The notes beneath the pieces were generated by a model. The model did no database searches, had not been told where the DNA came from, and saw only the letters and a list, made by a program, of their open reading frames with translations. From Octopus sinensis (taxonomy: Eukaryota): DNA of 64,000 nucleotides. The position numbers and the translations under genes are program-made. Below, piece after piece: positions 52,061 to 64,000 of this stretch; position 1 is the stretch's first letter; the number at the start of each line of letters is the position of its first letter. Location: assembly GCF_006345805.1 (NCBI RefSeq), contig NC_043003.1:25048001-25112000 (forward strand). Direction: 5' to 3'.

Positions 52061-53347
52061 TGTTGTACTTAAATACTCGAAGGACATACTCAATACCATA
52101 ATCCCTGCCATCACGCAATCTCAGAATCCTTTATATCTGTCTAACTTTATATCCAAGTATAATAATAAAGGAACATGCTGTGGCTGCTACTGCTGTTGTT
52201 GTTGTTTGTTGTTAAGCAACAAAACGGAAGGGCGGGAGACCCCAGATCTTGGAAAGAAAAATAGAAAAAAAAATTTTGGTCGTTTTGTTGTAGTCGAGGG
52301 CTCTTCGTTGACGCCCGACACCACTGGGTGGTAGCCCTCGAAGTCGCTGGAAATGGAGATCTCCAGGTCCAAATTCTTGAACGGCTGCTGCTTCTACTGT
52401 TGAAGTTGTTTAACCGCAAGTTAAATACCCATCCCACCGGACGTGCAGAACTATGAAAAAAGCGTTCCTATTGTGACTCTTCTGTATTTTATTCAGACAT
52501 GGTGTATCTTCACTTGTAACAGTGTCTAGAAAACTTACATAGAAAGTCCACAGAACTGCGGAGAAATGACTGCGGGGCGGCGATGTGAATGCCTCTCCCT
52601 CCACACACTTCAACATAGCCGTTTCAGAAAGAGAGAGAGGATGGGAGAAAACTGCCCTAATGGTACTTTATTTAACGATTCCGAAGGGGTTAACATGCAG
52701 TTTAGTGTCGTAAAAAACTGAAAGTAAATTGCAGTCGAAACCAGAATCGACGACGCTGATTTCCATGATTTCATTATATTTGTATCACATAAAAATTATG
52801 CATAGAACGTACATACAACTGAACTCGTTATCCAGACACGTCACCCGACTTTGGTATCTGGGAGGTGCTTTAGAATATTCTGGGTAAGCACTAATTTGTA
52901 TTGCGGGAAGTTGTTTGTAAATAGTGTTTTCTAAATCTGAGGATGCACCATTGAATAGTAAGGGAGCAGTTTCGTCCAGCCCACCCCTTTAGAGACGGGT
53001 ATATTAGTCAGACTTCATGAAATGTACTGCAGGAAGGCTTTTTTGTAATCTGTATTTTCTAATTCTGAGGGTGCACTAATGAATAATGAGGTTGCAGTAA
53101 CGTCCAGTTTCCCACCCCTAGTGACGGGCATGGTGGTATCTGAATCTATTTTACGACATACAGCAATACTTATACAGATATAATATAAATAAAGCATCAT
53201 TCGTTTGGCATTGTCCCCCGAGTTTCCTCTTCGCGAACCTCCATCGACTTTTAATAGTTTGTTTATAGATGCTCTCATGGTTGGATTAACAATGTTTAAA
53301 GAACGGTTCACAACTTCACAATTATATATGTGGTCTAATTTTTTTTA

Positions 53348-53754
53348 ATGGCCCACAAGGGGCTAAACACAGAGGGGACAAACAAGGACAGACAAACGGA
53401 TTAAGTCGATTACAACGACCCCAGTGCGTAACTGGTACTTAATTTATCGACCCCGAAAGGATGAAAGGCAATGTCGACCTCAGCAGAATTTGAACTCAGA
53501 ACGTAACGGCAGACGAAATACCTATTTCTTTACTACCCACAAGGGGCTAAACACAGAGGACAAACAAGGACAGACAAACGGATTAAGTCGATTATATCGA
53601 CCCCAGTGTGTAACTAGTACTTTATTTTATCGACACCGAAAGGATGAAAGGCAAAGTCGACCTCGGCAGAATTTGAACTCAGAACGTAACGGCAGACGAA
53701 ATATCGCTAAGCATTTCGCCCGGCGTGCTAACGTTTCTGCCAGCTCGCCGCCTT
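53348..53754 (-). mobile_element. SINE family A dimer with 11-bp TSD
   Basis: TSD TGTGGTCTAAT at 53329-53339 and 53755-53765. Confidence 0.92.
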
Positions 53755-54989
53755 TGTGGTCTAATCTAAGATTCGAAACCCAAATTTTGGATATCAAACG
53801 CGTCCCTGTGGCTTCTTACTGGTGATGATATGTTTACTGTGTTGCAGCTGTGTGCATCAGCTATTATTTCAGAAACACTCATGCTAGAAGATATTACATA
53901 TCCAGGAGACTATATTTATGAAATTATGGGAGTTTACTCCCCTCATTTCCGGTGCAGTTTACTTTCACTTTTTAATAGCAGTAAACTGCATGCTACCCTC
54001 CGAAAGGGCTGAAGGTGGAGGCGAACTTTGTAAAATTTGAATTCAAAGTGCAGAGAGTTAAAAACAAATTTAAACCCTGGTAATTCATTTTATGTGTCGA
54101 TACACAAAGGATAAAAATTGCAGTAAACGCCAGCAGGAATTGAACCCAAAGCGACGAGAGCTGAATCGATTACTGCAAAGCAATCAATCCAATTCTCTAA
54201 CAACTATGCCAGTTAATTGGCATATGTATGTATATATGCATATATGTGCATATGCATGTGTGTGTGCAAACAGACGAACACCCTCACACATGCACACTCA
54301 AATAATACGCTCAAACATACACACAGTCAAACATATACACTCACATATAGACACACTCACCCACACACATATACACATACATATATAAGTGCAGAGAGCT
54401 GCAATTAATTTCAAACCCTGCTGATCAATCCACCGGGCTTTATTATCCGCAATGCAATTTGAAGACTATAGGGTGGCATTTGAGGGATATTTGACAACTA
54501 TTTTTAGTCAGTTAAACAACAGAAGAATAATTAAAATATTTCCAACAATAACCCTTTTTTTAATAAAAAAATTTTTTTATAAAAATGAGACAAATAATTA
54601 TAGGCGCGAGAAAAATCAATAGGAAAGAAAATCGATTCTTTATTATATAAATCTTCATTACTTAATTATTATAGAATCCTTCATTATATAATTATTATAT
54701 AGTTTTAATTATATAATTATTATATATTTTTTTTATTTTTTAATTCTATTATTCTATTATCGGTTTCAGTTGGAGGCTATGACTATGGTAGGGCACCGCC
54801 ATAACTATTATCTAATTCTTTATTATATAATTTATCAAGTGTTTGTTACATCATATTTAGTTAGACTGTTATTTCCTATATTGTTATATCTGGAGAGACA
54901 GTCATAATTAATAAAGCCAATAAACACACTCAGCGGTTGTCAAGTGAGGGAGGGGGGAAAATATAGACACAAAGACACACACAGACACA

Positions 54990-55046
<57 letters not shown>

Positions 55047-55190
55047 GTATAAAAATTATATATAAAATTTACAAAAGCGGACAAGAACGCAAACCACACA
55101 AAGAGACGACACAAAAAAAAAAAGACAGGTCATTCGAAGCCTCTAATCTTCAGTCAGGAACCGGATCATCTTAGCAATTTCGGCTGATTA

Positions 55191-55730
55191 TAGGGTTGTC
55201 CGGAAAGTTCGTGCCGATTTTTAAAAGAACGAAAAAGGTCAATAAATACTTGCCATTGCATTCTTAATCAACCAAATATGAACCATTTTGTTGCACAATG
55301 CGTCTCCATATTTCCTTTAACTTAAAAATACCCGCTTCCCAAAGAATTCATCACGGTATCTTTTTACGTCATCCAAGGAATTGAAATTTTTACCATTAAC
55401 ACTATTCTGCAGAGACCTGAATAAGTGGAAATCCGAAGGAACAACATCTGGTGAATCTGGTGAGGTAACACATCCCAGCTGAGCTGCAGCAATTTTTGTC
55501 TGGTTCCCAAAGCATCAAGTGCCGAACATGAACTTTCTTATCTTCCATTTTAAAGGGTTACAGAATTAACACAGGTTATAGGAACATAAGCCTTCTTCCA
55601 CGAAAAGATAGCTTAAACTGTGCTCTAAATGGAGGTGTAGTCAAATCCTATTTTATGGACTCAACCATGTTCTAAAATAAGTCGAAAGTCAAGCTATTAT
55701 AAATCGGCACGAACTTTCCGGACAACTTAT
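55191..55730 (-). mobile_element. Internally deleted mariner (MITE-like derivative)
   Basis: ~30-bp TIRs GTTGTCCGGAAAGTTCGTGCCGATTT; minus-strand remnants MEDKKVHVRHLML and SPDVVPSDFHLFRSLQNS...QQNGSYLVD*. Confidence 0.9.
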
Positions 55731-56354
55731 AATATATATATATACGATGGGCTTCTTTCAGTTTCCGTCTAACAAATCCACTCACAAGGCTTTGATCGAC
55801 CCGAGGCTTTAGTAGCAGACACTTGGCCAAGGTGCCATATGGTTGGGGAAGCAAAATATGTCTATATCAGTGTACCAGTCACATGGTGAAATATAAACAA
55901 ACAATAACCGGTGAGTGTATTTATAGGTTTCATCAGTTACGACTGTTCCCAAACATTATAAATATTCTTGCGGAACAAATTGAAAATCGAATGATCGCAA
56001 GCTTCATTTTCAATACATCTTAGAATTTACCGATTCATTAAATCGACTTTTAATTAAAAACTGAATAACATGATGTGTGTGTTTGAGTGCGTGCGTGCAT
56101 AGCGCGCGCGTATGTGTGAAACATAACAAGAACAAGAATATAGTTCATGTTCAACATATATATTGGGTATATAGCAAATCGTTACCAGCTGAGAACAAAA
56201 TAAACTTTACGCATTGTTTCATTCCACAGTAACTGAAGTTTGGTGCCGTCATTTTTTTCTCTCCTATTTTTATTTATTTAATTTATGTTTCTATTTATTT
56301 ATTTACTTATATATTTTTCTATTTATTTACTTAATTATTTATTTTGCAGCATAT

Positions 56355-56656
56355 ACTCGTTACTTGTTTCAGTCATTTGATTGTGGCCATGCGGGAGCAC
56401 CGTTTTTAGTCGAGCAAATCGCCCCCAGGACTTATTCTTTGTAAGCCTAGTACTTATTCTATCAGTCTCTTTTGCCGAACCGCTAAGTTAAGGGGCACGT
56501 AAACACACCAGCATCGGCTGTCAAGCGATGTTGCGGGAATAAACACAGACACACAAACATACACACACATACATACAAGGTGCCACGCAGTGAGACTGAA
56601 CCCGGACCCATGTGGTTGGTAAGCAACCTACTTACTACATAGCCATTCCTACGCCT
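56355..56656 (-). mobile_element. SINE family B with internal deletion
   Basis: Tail and head are present; the segment between GGCACCTTG and the microsatellite is missing. Confidence 0.85.
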
Positions 56657-56890
56657 ATAAACAAGTTCCCATGCCGGGATATATATATCAGGTTTTCAAA
56701 TATGAAATTTGTAGTAAAGTATATGGTTAATTTTGGCAGCTGCTCATTTTGCGTCATTATCATATTTTGACAATCATTATTTTTTGTGAGAAAGCTGACA
56801 CATCTATTTCTTTATTCTAACTCATTTTGCGCTTTCTAAAGTATTTATAAATCTTCTTTTTTTTTTTTTTTTTGCTATTTTTGTTTAGAG

Positions 56891-57843
56891 ATGGATAAGT
56901 CGAAAATTTGTAGTTTTGAAATATGAGTTCTCTCTTGGAAAAACAACAAAACAGACAGCTCGGAATATTAATAGAGTATCTCCTAAATGTATTACACAGC
57001 AAACAGTATCAAATTGGTTTGCAAAATTTCGTTCTGGTAACTTTGACCTCACAAATGAGCCATGCGGTCGACCAGAAGCAAAGATGGATAATGACGAATC
57101 AGATCCATCTCAAAGTGCTCGTGAATTATCGTCGTTGTTTGGTGTTAGCAAGCAAACAATATTGACCCACCTAGTTCAAATCGGTAAAGTGAAAAAGTTG
57201 GATAAGTGGGTTCCATATGAACTCAATGAAAATCAGAAACAGCAACGTTTGGAAGCCTGCATTATGCTACCTTCTCGTCACAAAAATGAATCATTTTTGA
57301 ATTGAATTGTAACATGATGAGAAATGGATCCAATACAACAACCGTAAATGTTCAGCACAATGGTTGAACAAAAGCGAGCCACCAAAACACAGTCCAGAAA
57401 GCAAAATTCATAAAAAGAAGCTGATGGTGTGTGTTTGGTGGGTATACTGGCCGAAGCATACTGCAGCCAACTGGACCAAATGATGCAGAAACTTACAAAA
57501 AAAAGAGCCTAAATTAGTCAACAGATCCACTCCTATTTTATTGCAAGACAATGCCAGACCACACATCGCAAAAATGTCATTGGCGAAACTACAGGAGTTG
57601 GAGTTGGAAGTCCTCCATCATCCACCATACTCACCTGATCTTGCCCCCCATTGACTGCCACTTCTTCCAGAATTTGGGTAACTTTTTGAGAGGAAAAAAT
57701 TTAATTCCGATGATGCTGTAAAACAGGCCTTCCAAGATTTTATTGACTCTAGATTACCGGGCTTTGACAGATCCGGGCTGGACAAGTTACCGCTGAAATG
57801 GCAAAAGTGTATTGACAATATGGGTGCATACTTTGATGAATAA
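56891..57843 (+). pseudogene. Second mariner transposase pseudogene (element ~56688-57895, TIRs decayed)
   Basis: MDKSKI start; WFAKFRSG, WVPYEL, DEKW, QDNARPH, HPPYSPDLAP and GAYFDE*; frameshifts and deletions. Confidence 0.88.
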
Positions 57844-57900
57844 AACTATTCCTTGTATTTATAAAACATTAGCAAACTTATTTTTAACAAACTAAAGAAA

Positions 57901-58189
57901 TAAATTATTTACATTATTTACATTTGACGGATATTTGTCCTCGTCTTGTTTGTTGTTAACACAACGTTTCGGCTGATATACCCTCCAGCCTTCATCAGGT
58001 GTCTTGGGGAAATTTCGAACCTGGGTTCTCATTCCTAAGGTATTTTTCAATATTGTTGTTGCTCTTCTTCTTCTTATTATATTATTATTACTATTATTAT
58101 TATTCAGGTCACTGCTTGGAATCGAACTCGGAATCAAACTCGGAATCTTGGAGCTAGTAGCCCGCACCCTTAACCACTACGCCATATGC
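57901..58189 (-). mobile_element. SINE family E: tRNA-derived head, (AAT)n linker and hammerhead-containing tail
   Basis: A box TGGCGTAGTGG; B box GAGTTCGATTCC (locally duplicated); 3' tandem ATGTAAATA repeats. Confidence 0.8.
57958..58003 (-). ncRNA. Putative minimal type I hammerhead ribozyme
   Basis: GACAC-CUGAUGA-A-GGCUG-(10 nt)-CAGCC-GAAA-C-GUU^-GUGUU: 5-bp helix I, 5-bp helix II, palindromic AACGUU in place of helix III. Confidence 0.6.
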
Positions 58190-58457
58190 ACAAACACGCA
58201 CACACGCATAAACACAGTCTCACAATACACAACATATGAGCAACACACACACATCACTCTAATAGAGAGAGCAAGCAAGCCTAATACTGTTAAATGACAG
58301 CAACTTCTCGGCATGTCTTTATCTCTGAGTCTCTAATCCTCTAGCTATTTGTCTTTATCTAATCCTCTAGGTATTTTGTCTTATATCTCTTTATAGCTAA
58401 CGATCTCTATTTTTCCCAGGTAGCTACTCTTTTCTGTATATCTTTCCGGTTTTAATT

Positions 58458-58500
<43 letters not shown>

Positions 58501-59109
58501 TCTCTCTTTTCTCTCTTACCCCTCTCTCTCCCACCCTCTTTCTCCCTCTCTCCCTCTCTCTCTCTCTCAGCTCTCTCTCTCACTCTCACGTCCTCTCTCT
58601 CTCTTTCTCCTTCTCTCTGCTTCTCCTCACTCTGTCTGCGCTCTCTGTCTCTTTTCTGCTTCAATCCTACCTTCGGGTCTTATACTTTCCATAGACTCAC
58701 ATCCAATTCTGTACACTTCAGGAGCGCATTGTCACGTACATGGTTACACATTTGCACATATTACCCCGAGAGGGAGAACAACAAGGAAAAGAGAAGAAAT
58801 AAAGAAAGAAACTGTAAGAGCTTAAATGAAAAAGACAGAGAGAGAAGGGGAGATAAATAACAGGGACTCGTCTGTATGCGAAACACTTTGTGAGATTATC
58901 CATCAAAGATGGCCGACTTGAGATTATATACATATATGTGTGTGTGTGTGTGTGTGTGTGTATATACACATACATATATATGTATGTACGCATGTATGTA
59001 TGTATGTATGTATGTATGTATGTATGTATGTATGTATGTATGTATGTATGTATGTATGTATGTATGTGTGTGTGTGAATACACGCACACACACGCACATA
59101 CATATATCG

Positions 59110-59510
59110 AAGACGTGGATATGTGGTAAGACGTTTGCTTCTCAACCACATGGTTTCGGGTTCAACCCCACTGCGTGGCACCTTAGGTAAGTGTCTTTTA
59201 CTGTAGCCGCTGAACGATCAAAGCTCTCTGAGTGAATTTGGTAGAAGGTAACTGAAAAAAGCCCGTCGTATATGTGTGCATGTGTGTTTTTGTTTGTGTG
59301 TGTGTGCGTGTGTTTGCCATCCAATTATCACTTGACAACCGCTGTTGGTGCGTTTACTAAACCGTAACTTAGCAGTTCGGTAAATGAGACCGATAGACTG
59401 GGTACCAAGCATAAAAGGAATACGCGCTGGGGTCGATTCGTCCGACTAAAATTCTTCACGGCGGTGCCTCGGCATGGCCAAGGACAAAGGACGGAAAACG
59501 GTAAAAGGCA
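59110..59510 (+). mobile_element. SINE family B, older copy
   Basis: Diverged head, CACCTTAGGTAAGTGTCTT and tail GGCGGTGCCTCGGCATGGCC. Confidence 0.8.
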
Positions 59511-59721
59511 TATATATATATATAGTTCATAGATGAGATCCAGAGATTCTCCGTATAGAAGTCAATTTATATTCATATCTATCTATATGCATATATCCAT
59601 ATCTTGTATTTCATACATAGACTAGTATATCTAATATACTTAATATATCTTATGAATTTGATGTATCTAATTTGTTTATTCGCATAGTTGCATCTCTCTC
59701 TCTCCATTAATATATATATAT

Positions 59722-60042
59722 AAAATACAAAATGGGACAAGAACGCAAAACATCCGGACAGCTAGGCATTACAAATAGGGACAACAAAACATCTAGATAG
59801 ACGATACAAAGAAGACAAGGACGGGTCATTCGAAGTTTTCTCTCCTCAGTCAAGCACTAGATTATCCGCGCAATTTCGGTTGATTATTCTTGAGATTTCT
59901 CCAGTCTGGCCAGCCCCAAGGAAAAACTAAGCTAAGAGTATTAGATTCCTTGGAAGAAAGCAGCGAATGTATACAAAAACAAGGACGGAAAAAACCCGGA
60001 GAAGGTTACACAAATATAAATTCAATAAAAATAATAACAGGA
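59722..60042. repeat. Unclassified (TA)n-embedded interspersed repeat (possible Penelope-like remnant)
   Basis: GGACAAGAACGCAAA...GGTCATTCGAAG...CAGTCA...GCAATTTCGG(C/T)TGATTA is shared with 55070-55190. Confidence 0.55.
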
Positions 60043-60063
60043 TATATATATATATTATATATA

Positions 60064-60510
60064 GATGTAGGAGTGGCTGTGTGGTAAGTAGCTTGCTTAC
60101 GAATCACATGGTTCTGGGTTCAGTCCCACTGCATGGCACCTTGGGCAAGTGTCTTCTACTATAACCTCGGGCCGACCAAAGCCTTGTGAATGGATTTGGT
60201 AGACAGAAACTGAAAGAAGCCCGTTGTATATATATATATATATGTATATATATATAATATATATATATGTATGTATGTATGTTAGTGTGGTGTATTTTTG
60301 TGTGTCTGTGTTTGTCCCCCCAACATCGCTTGACAACCGATGCTGGTGTGTTTACGTCTCCGTTACTTAGCGGTTCGGCAAAAGAGACCGATAGAATAAG
60401 TACTGGGCTTACAAAAAAGAATAAGTCCCGGGGTCGAGTTGCTCGATTAAAGGCGGTGCTCCAGCATGGCCGCAGTCAAATGACTGAAACAAGTAAAAGA
60501 GTAAAAGAGT
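60064..60510 (+). mobile_element. SINE family B, full length
   Basis: As 7773-8239. Confidence 0.9.
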
Positions 60511-60511
60511 G

Positions 60512-60545
<34 letters not shown>

Positions 60546-60879
60546 CTATATATATATATATATTTTTATAAGCACATATCACTACCATAATGTTATCTTT
60601 AAGATATCGTGTTAGCCCCAGTACACGTACACAAGCTCACACACAAACACTCAAACACACGCACGGGCATATATATGTATTTGTGTTTATATATGTACAT
60701 TTGCTTATATACGTACATGTAAATGTATTCAAGCGTGTACGCATCTATGTTTCTGTGTGTGTATGTGCGTGTGTGCGACTGTGAAAAGAAGTATATAATT
60801 CTCCGAACTTCGTAACCACTCACTATACTTGCATCCACAGATACATACAGATGTACACACATATGTATGTTGTGTGTGT

Positions 60880-60914
<35 letters not shown>

Positions 60915-60985
60915 CCGTGCGTGCGCGTGTTTGTGTGTGTATGTATATATATGAACGTATGTACGCACGTATGTATGCTATATAC

Positions 60986-61039
<54 letters not shown>

Positions 61040-61183
61040 ATATAATATATATACAGACAGACAGGCAGAGAGATAGACAGACATATATGCATGCATACAT
61101 ACATACATACATATAAGCACTTATATGTAAATTTATATCCATATCGTTATCTATATATGTATATGTACCTATGTGTATGTATG

Positions 61184-61258
<75 letters not shown>

Positions 61259-61611
61259 TATACATATACAACATATAAATATACATACATATATATATAT
61301 ATAAACATATACATATATAAACGGTGTATGCATACACATAGATATATATGTTGTATGTGTTTATATATGTGTGTGTGTGAGTTCATATTATATTATATAC
61401 ATATATATATATGTATGTATATAAGTGTGTGTATATTTATATATATATATAATATATATATATATACATAATAAAAAGATGCATGTCACTCTTTAAAACC
61501 TATTGGCAATATAAATTAATCTCTAATTGGGAGATAGAAGAAGTACAGATTTAAAACTAATCCGATTTGGCTTAGCTGACATTCCTTTCTTCCTTTCATT
61601 GTGAAGCTTCT

Positions 61612-61711
61612 NNNNNNNNNNNNNNNNNNNNNNNNNNNNNNNNNNNNNNNNNNNNNNNNNNNNNNNNNNNNNNNNNNNNNNNNNNNNNNNNNNNNNNNNN
61701 NNNNNNNNNNN
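61612..61711. other. Assembly gap (100 N)
   Basis: Run of N; adjacency across it is not guaranteed. Confidence 0.99.
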
Positions 61712-62140
61712 TCCAATTTGATTGACTGTTTATGAATAAATAACGTGAATCTAAAACAATAAGACATTCTGTTGGATATTTACAATTTTATGAAATTTAT
61801 ATTTTCTGATTGTCAACTTCAAAACGTTTGCATCAGGTGAAAAAACCTTTCGCAGAATATACAGAACCGCCGGATACCCCTATTAAATAATGAAAAAAAC
61901 CAAAAAAAAAACCTGTTTACGTAGTTATTATTCGTTTATAGGTTTCAGATCCTGGCTCCTGACCCTGGGCTGATATACTTCACGATGTTTTCAACGATAT
62001 ACTTTTGTACCATGGTAACGTATTCAGTCTTTAATAACAGATATATGCGCTGCTTTGTTTTGAGTTCCTTTTTTTGATTATTTCGTGGACTATAAATCAC
62101 ACACACACACACACACAAGCACACACACACACACACACAC

Positions 62141-62177
<37 letters not shown>

Positions 62178-62761
62178 CTGCATATAAATATGTATACATA
62201 CGTACATACACGTACGTATATATGTGTGTATGTGTGTATGTTGTGTTTTCATGTTTGGTTTAACTTATATATATATATATATATTCTTTTATTCTTTTAC
62301 TTGTTTCAGTCATTTGACTGCAGCCATGCTTGTATACATCCTTAAAGGGTTTTAGTCGACTTATTCTTTCTAAGTTTAGTACTTATTCTAGCGGTCTCTT
62401 TTGCCGAACCGTTCAGTTATGGGGGACATAAACATACCAACATCGGTTGTCAAGCGATGACAGGGGGACAAACATAGTTACACATACATTCTAGCATACA
62501 TTACTAATAAAAAGGACATGTCTTTATACTGGTCTTCTGTTGGTCAAGATAAACCACATCTCTGCGCATGCGCTAGCTTGGGCAAGAGGTTTTGAGGAAC
62601 GTGGTATTCACTTCTGCATGCAAGCCTATCCTCTCTCAACGCCACCGATGTTTATTCGAAGGAAATGTCACTGACTTGGCTGATATAGCTGAGTGCTAGT
62701 ATCCCAGCAGACGTTGCTGTCAGAATTCAGATTCGGAAGAGACACTTCAAAGTATCTTGTT

Positions 62762-62976
62762 CAGGAGTGGCTGTGTGGTACGTAGCTTGCTTACCAACCA
62801 CATTGTTCCGGGTTCAGTCCCACTGCGTGGCATCTTGGGCAAGTGTCTTCTACTATAGCCTTGGGCTTACCAAAGCCTTGTAAGTGGATTTGGTAGACGG
62901 AAACTGAAAGAAGCCTGTCGTATATATGTATAAACGGTGGTGCATCAGCATGGCCGCAGCTCTTAGCTGAAACTAG
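62762..62976 (+). mobile_element. SINE family B 5' half fused to a CR1/L2-like LINE tail
   Basis: After the internal TATATATG comes GGTGCATCAGCATGGCCGCAGCTCTTAGCTG, identical to the LINE tail at 21794-21824 (minus). Confidence 0.8.
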
Positions 62977-63570
62977 AAAAAAAAAACAAACAAAAAAAAC
63001 TCGCTAACAGTTCTTCCAGCCTACCACCTTGGTACTACGTAGTTTTTTTATTTAATGGACACCTAAAGGAGGGGGAAGACAAAGTGGACATCGGTGGGAT
63101 TTGAACTCTTAATTCAGAATAGAAAGAATCATAACCCCCCCACCCCGCAAAGTATCCTTTCCAAAGTTCTGATAACTTTGTTAATCTACTTTTCGAGATT
63201 CGTTTTCTTTTTAAATCGATCAGGAAAAGTGGAAGGACAAAGCTGACATCGGTAAGATTTGAAATCAGAGAACAAAGAACCGGAACGAATACTGCGAAGC
63301 ATTCTACCTAGCGATTTAACCACTGTGCCATTTCACCGTCGTGTTAATGTAGGTACAATACATAAGAAAATTGTGCTGAAACGATTCAACTCATGGAAAG
63401 AATTTCAGATATAAGCAGGAATGGTTACGAAGTTCGTTTTGCAAATACGTGATTTCAGGTTCAGCCTCACTGCGCGGCATCTCGGCCAATTATCTTCCAC
63501 TAAAGCTCCGGCCCGATCAATACTTTGTTAGAGAATTCGATCAACATAAACAGTGTGGAAGCCCATCGTA

Positions 63571-63673
<103 letters not shown>

Positions 63674-63676
63674 TGC

Positions 63677-64000
63677 GATAGGGTGGACCATCGATACTTG
63701 GAGGCGGTCCTCGGAGCGGCTGGCTTCGGTCCCGTCTTCCGCGGCTGGATAGCCGCTTTGTACAGAGGCATCCGTTCGGTAATTCGCGTGAATGGACATC
63801 TATCGAGAACCTTCGACATCGCACGTTCGGTCCGTCAGGGATGCCCCCTCTCGTCGCTTCTATACGTATTGGACTCTCGAGCCATTATTGCGGAAGCTGG
63901 CAACCTTGAGAGGCTCCCGTCGTGGGACGCTGGACCACGGCCCGGTTGAGTGCGCGGGGTCTGGTTTGGTCCGGACCTCCAAGTGGAGAAGAAGAACTGG
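63677..64000 (+). mobile_element. L1/Tx1-like LINE reverse transcriptase fragment (runs off the window)
   Basis: DRVDHRYL...FRGWI..LY...VNG...RSVRQGCPLS RT motifs; GC-rich; starts directly after (TATC)n. Confidence 0.88.

Noticed and set aside
59820-59860. Hammerhead-like CTGAGGA...CGAA on the minus strand (also ~55130-55155, and CTGAAGA near 42022)
   Set aside because: GAAA is replaced by GAAT, or helices I and II cannot be formed; too degenerate to call.

Overview
AT-rich, repeat-saturated eukaryotic (animal) DNA with one 100-N scaffold gap (61612-61711). The repeat landscape strongly resembles an octopus/coleoid cephalopod genome (inference from recalled repeat families; no search was run). 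No complete host gene is recognisable, and nearly all ORFs in the track are translated microsatellites. The window holds compound microsatellites, at least five tRNA-headed SINE families, fragments of four non-LTR retrotransposon clades (Dong/R4-like, RTE, CR1/L2-like, L1/Tx1-like), two decayed mariner transposons plus a deletion derivative, Helitron-like non-autonomous elements, two long fold-back palindromes, and several small minus-strand candidate exons. The most unusual observations are hammerhead-ribozyme-like motifs: one in the 3' half of a tRNA-headed SINE (57901-58189) and one in a ~200-bp (TA)n-embedded repeat present three times. Also notable are SINE multimers inserted as single units and SINE tails matching LINE tails found in the same window. 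Boundaries of decayed repeats are approximate.
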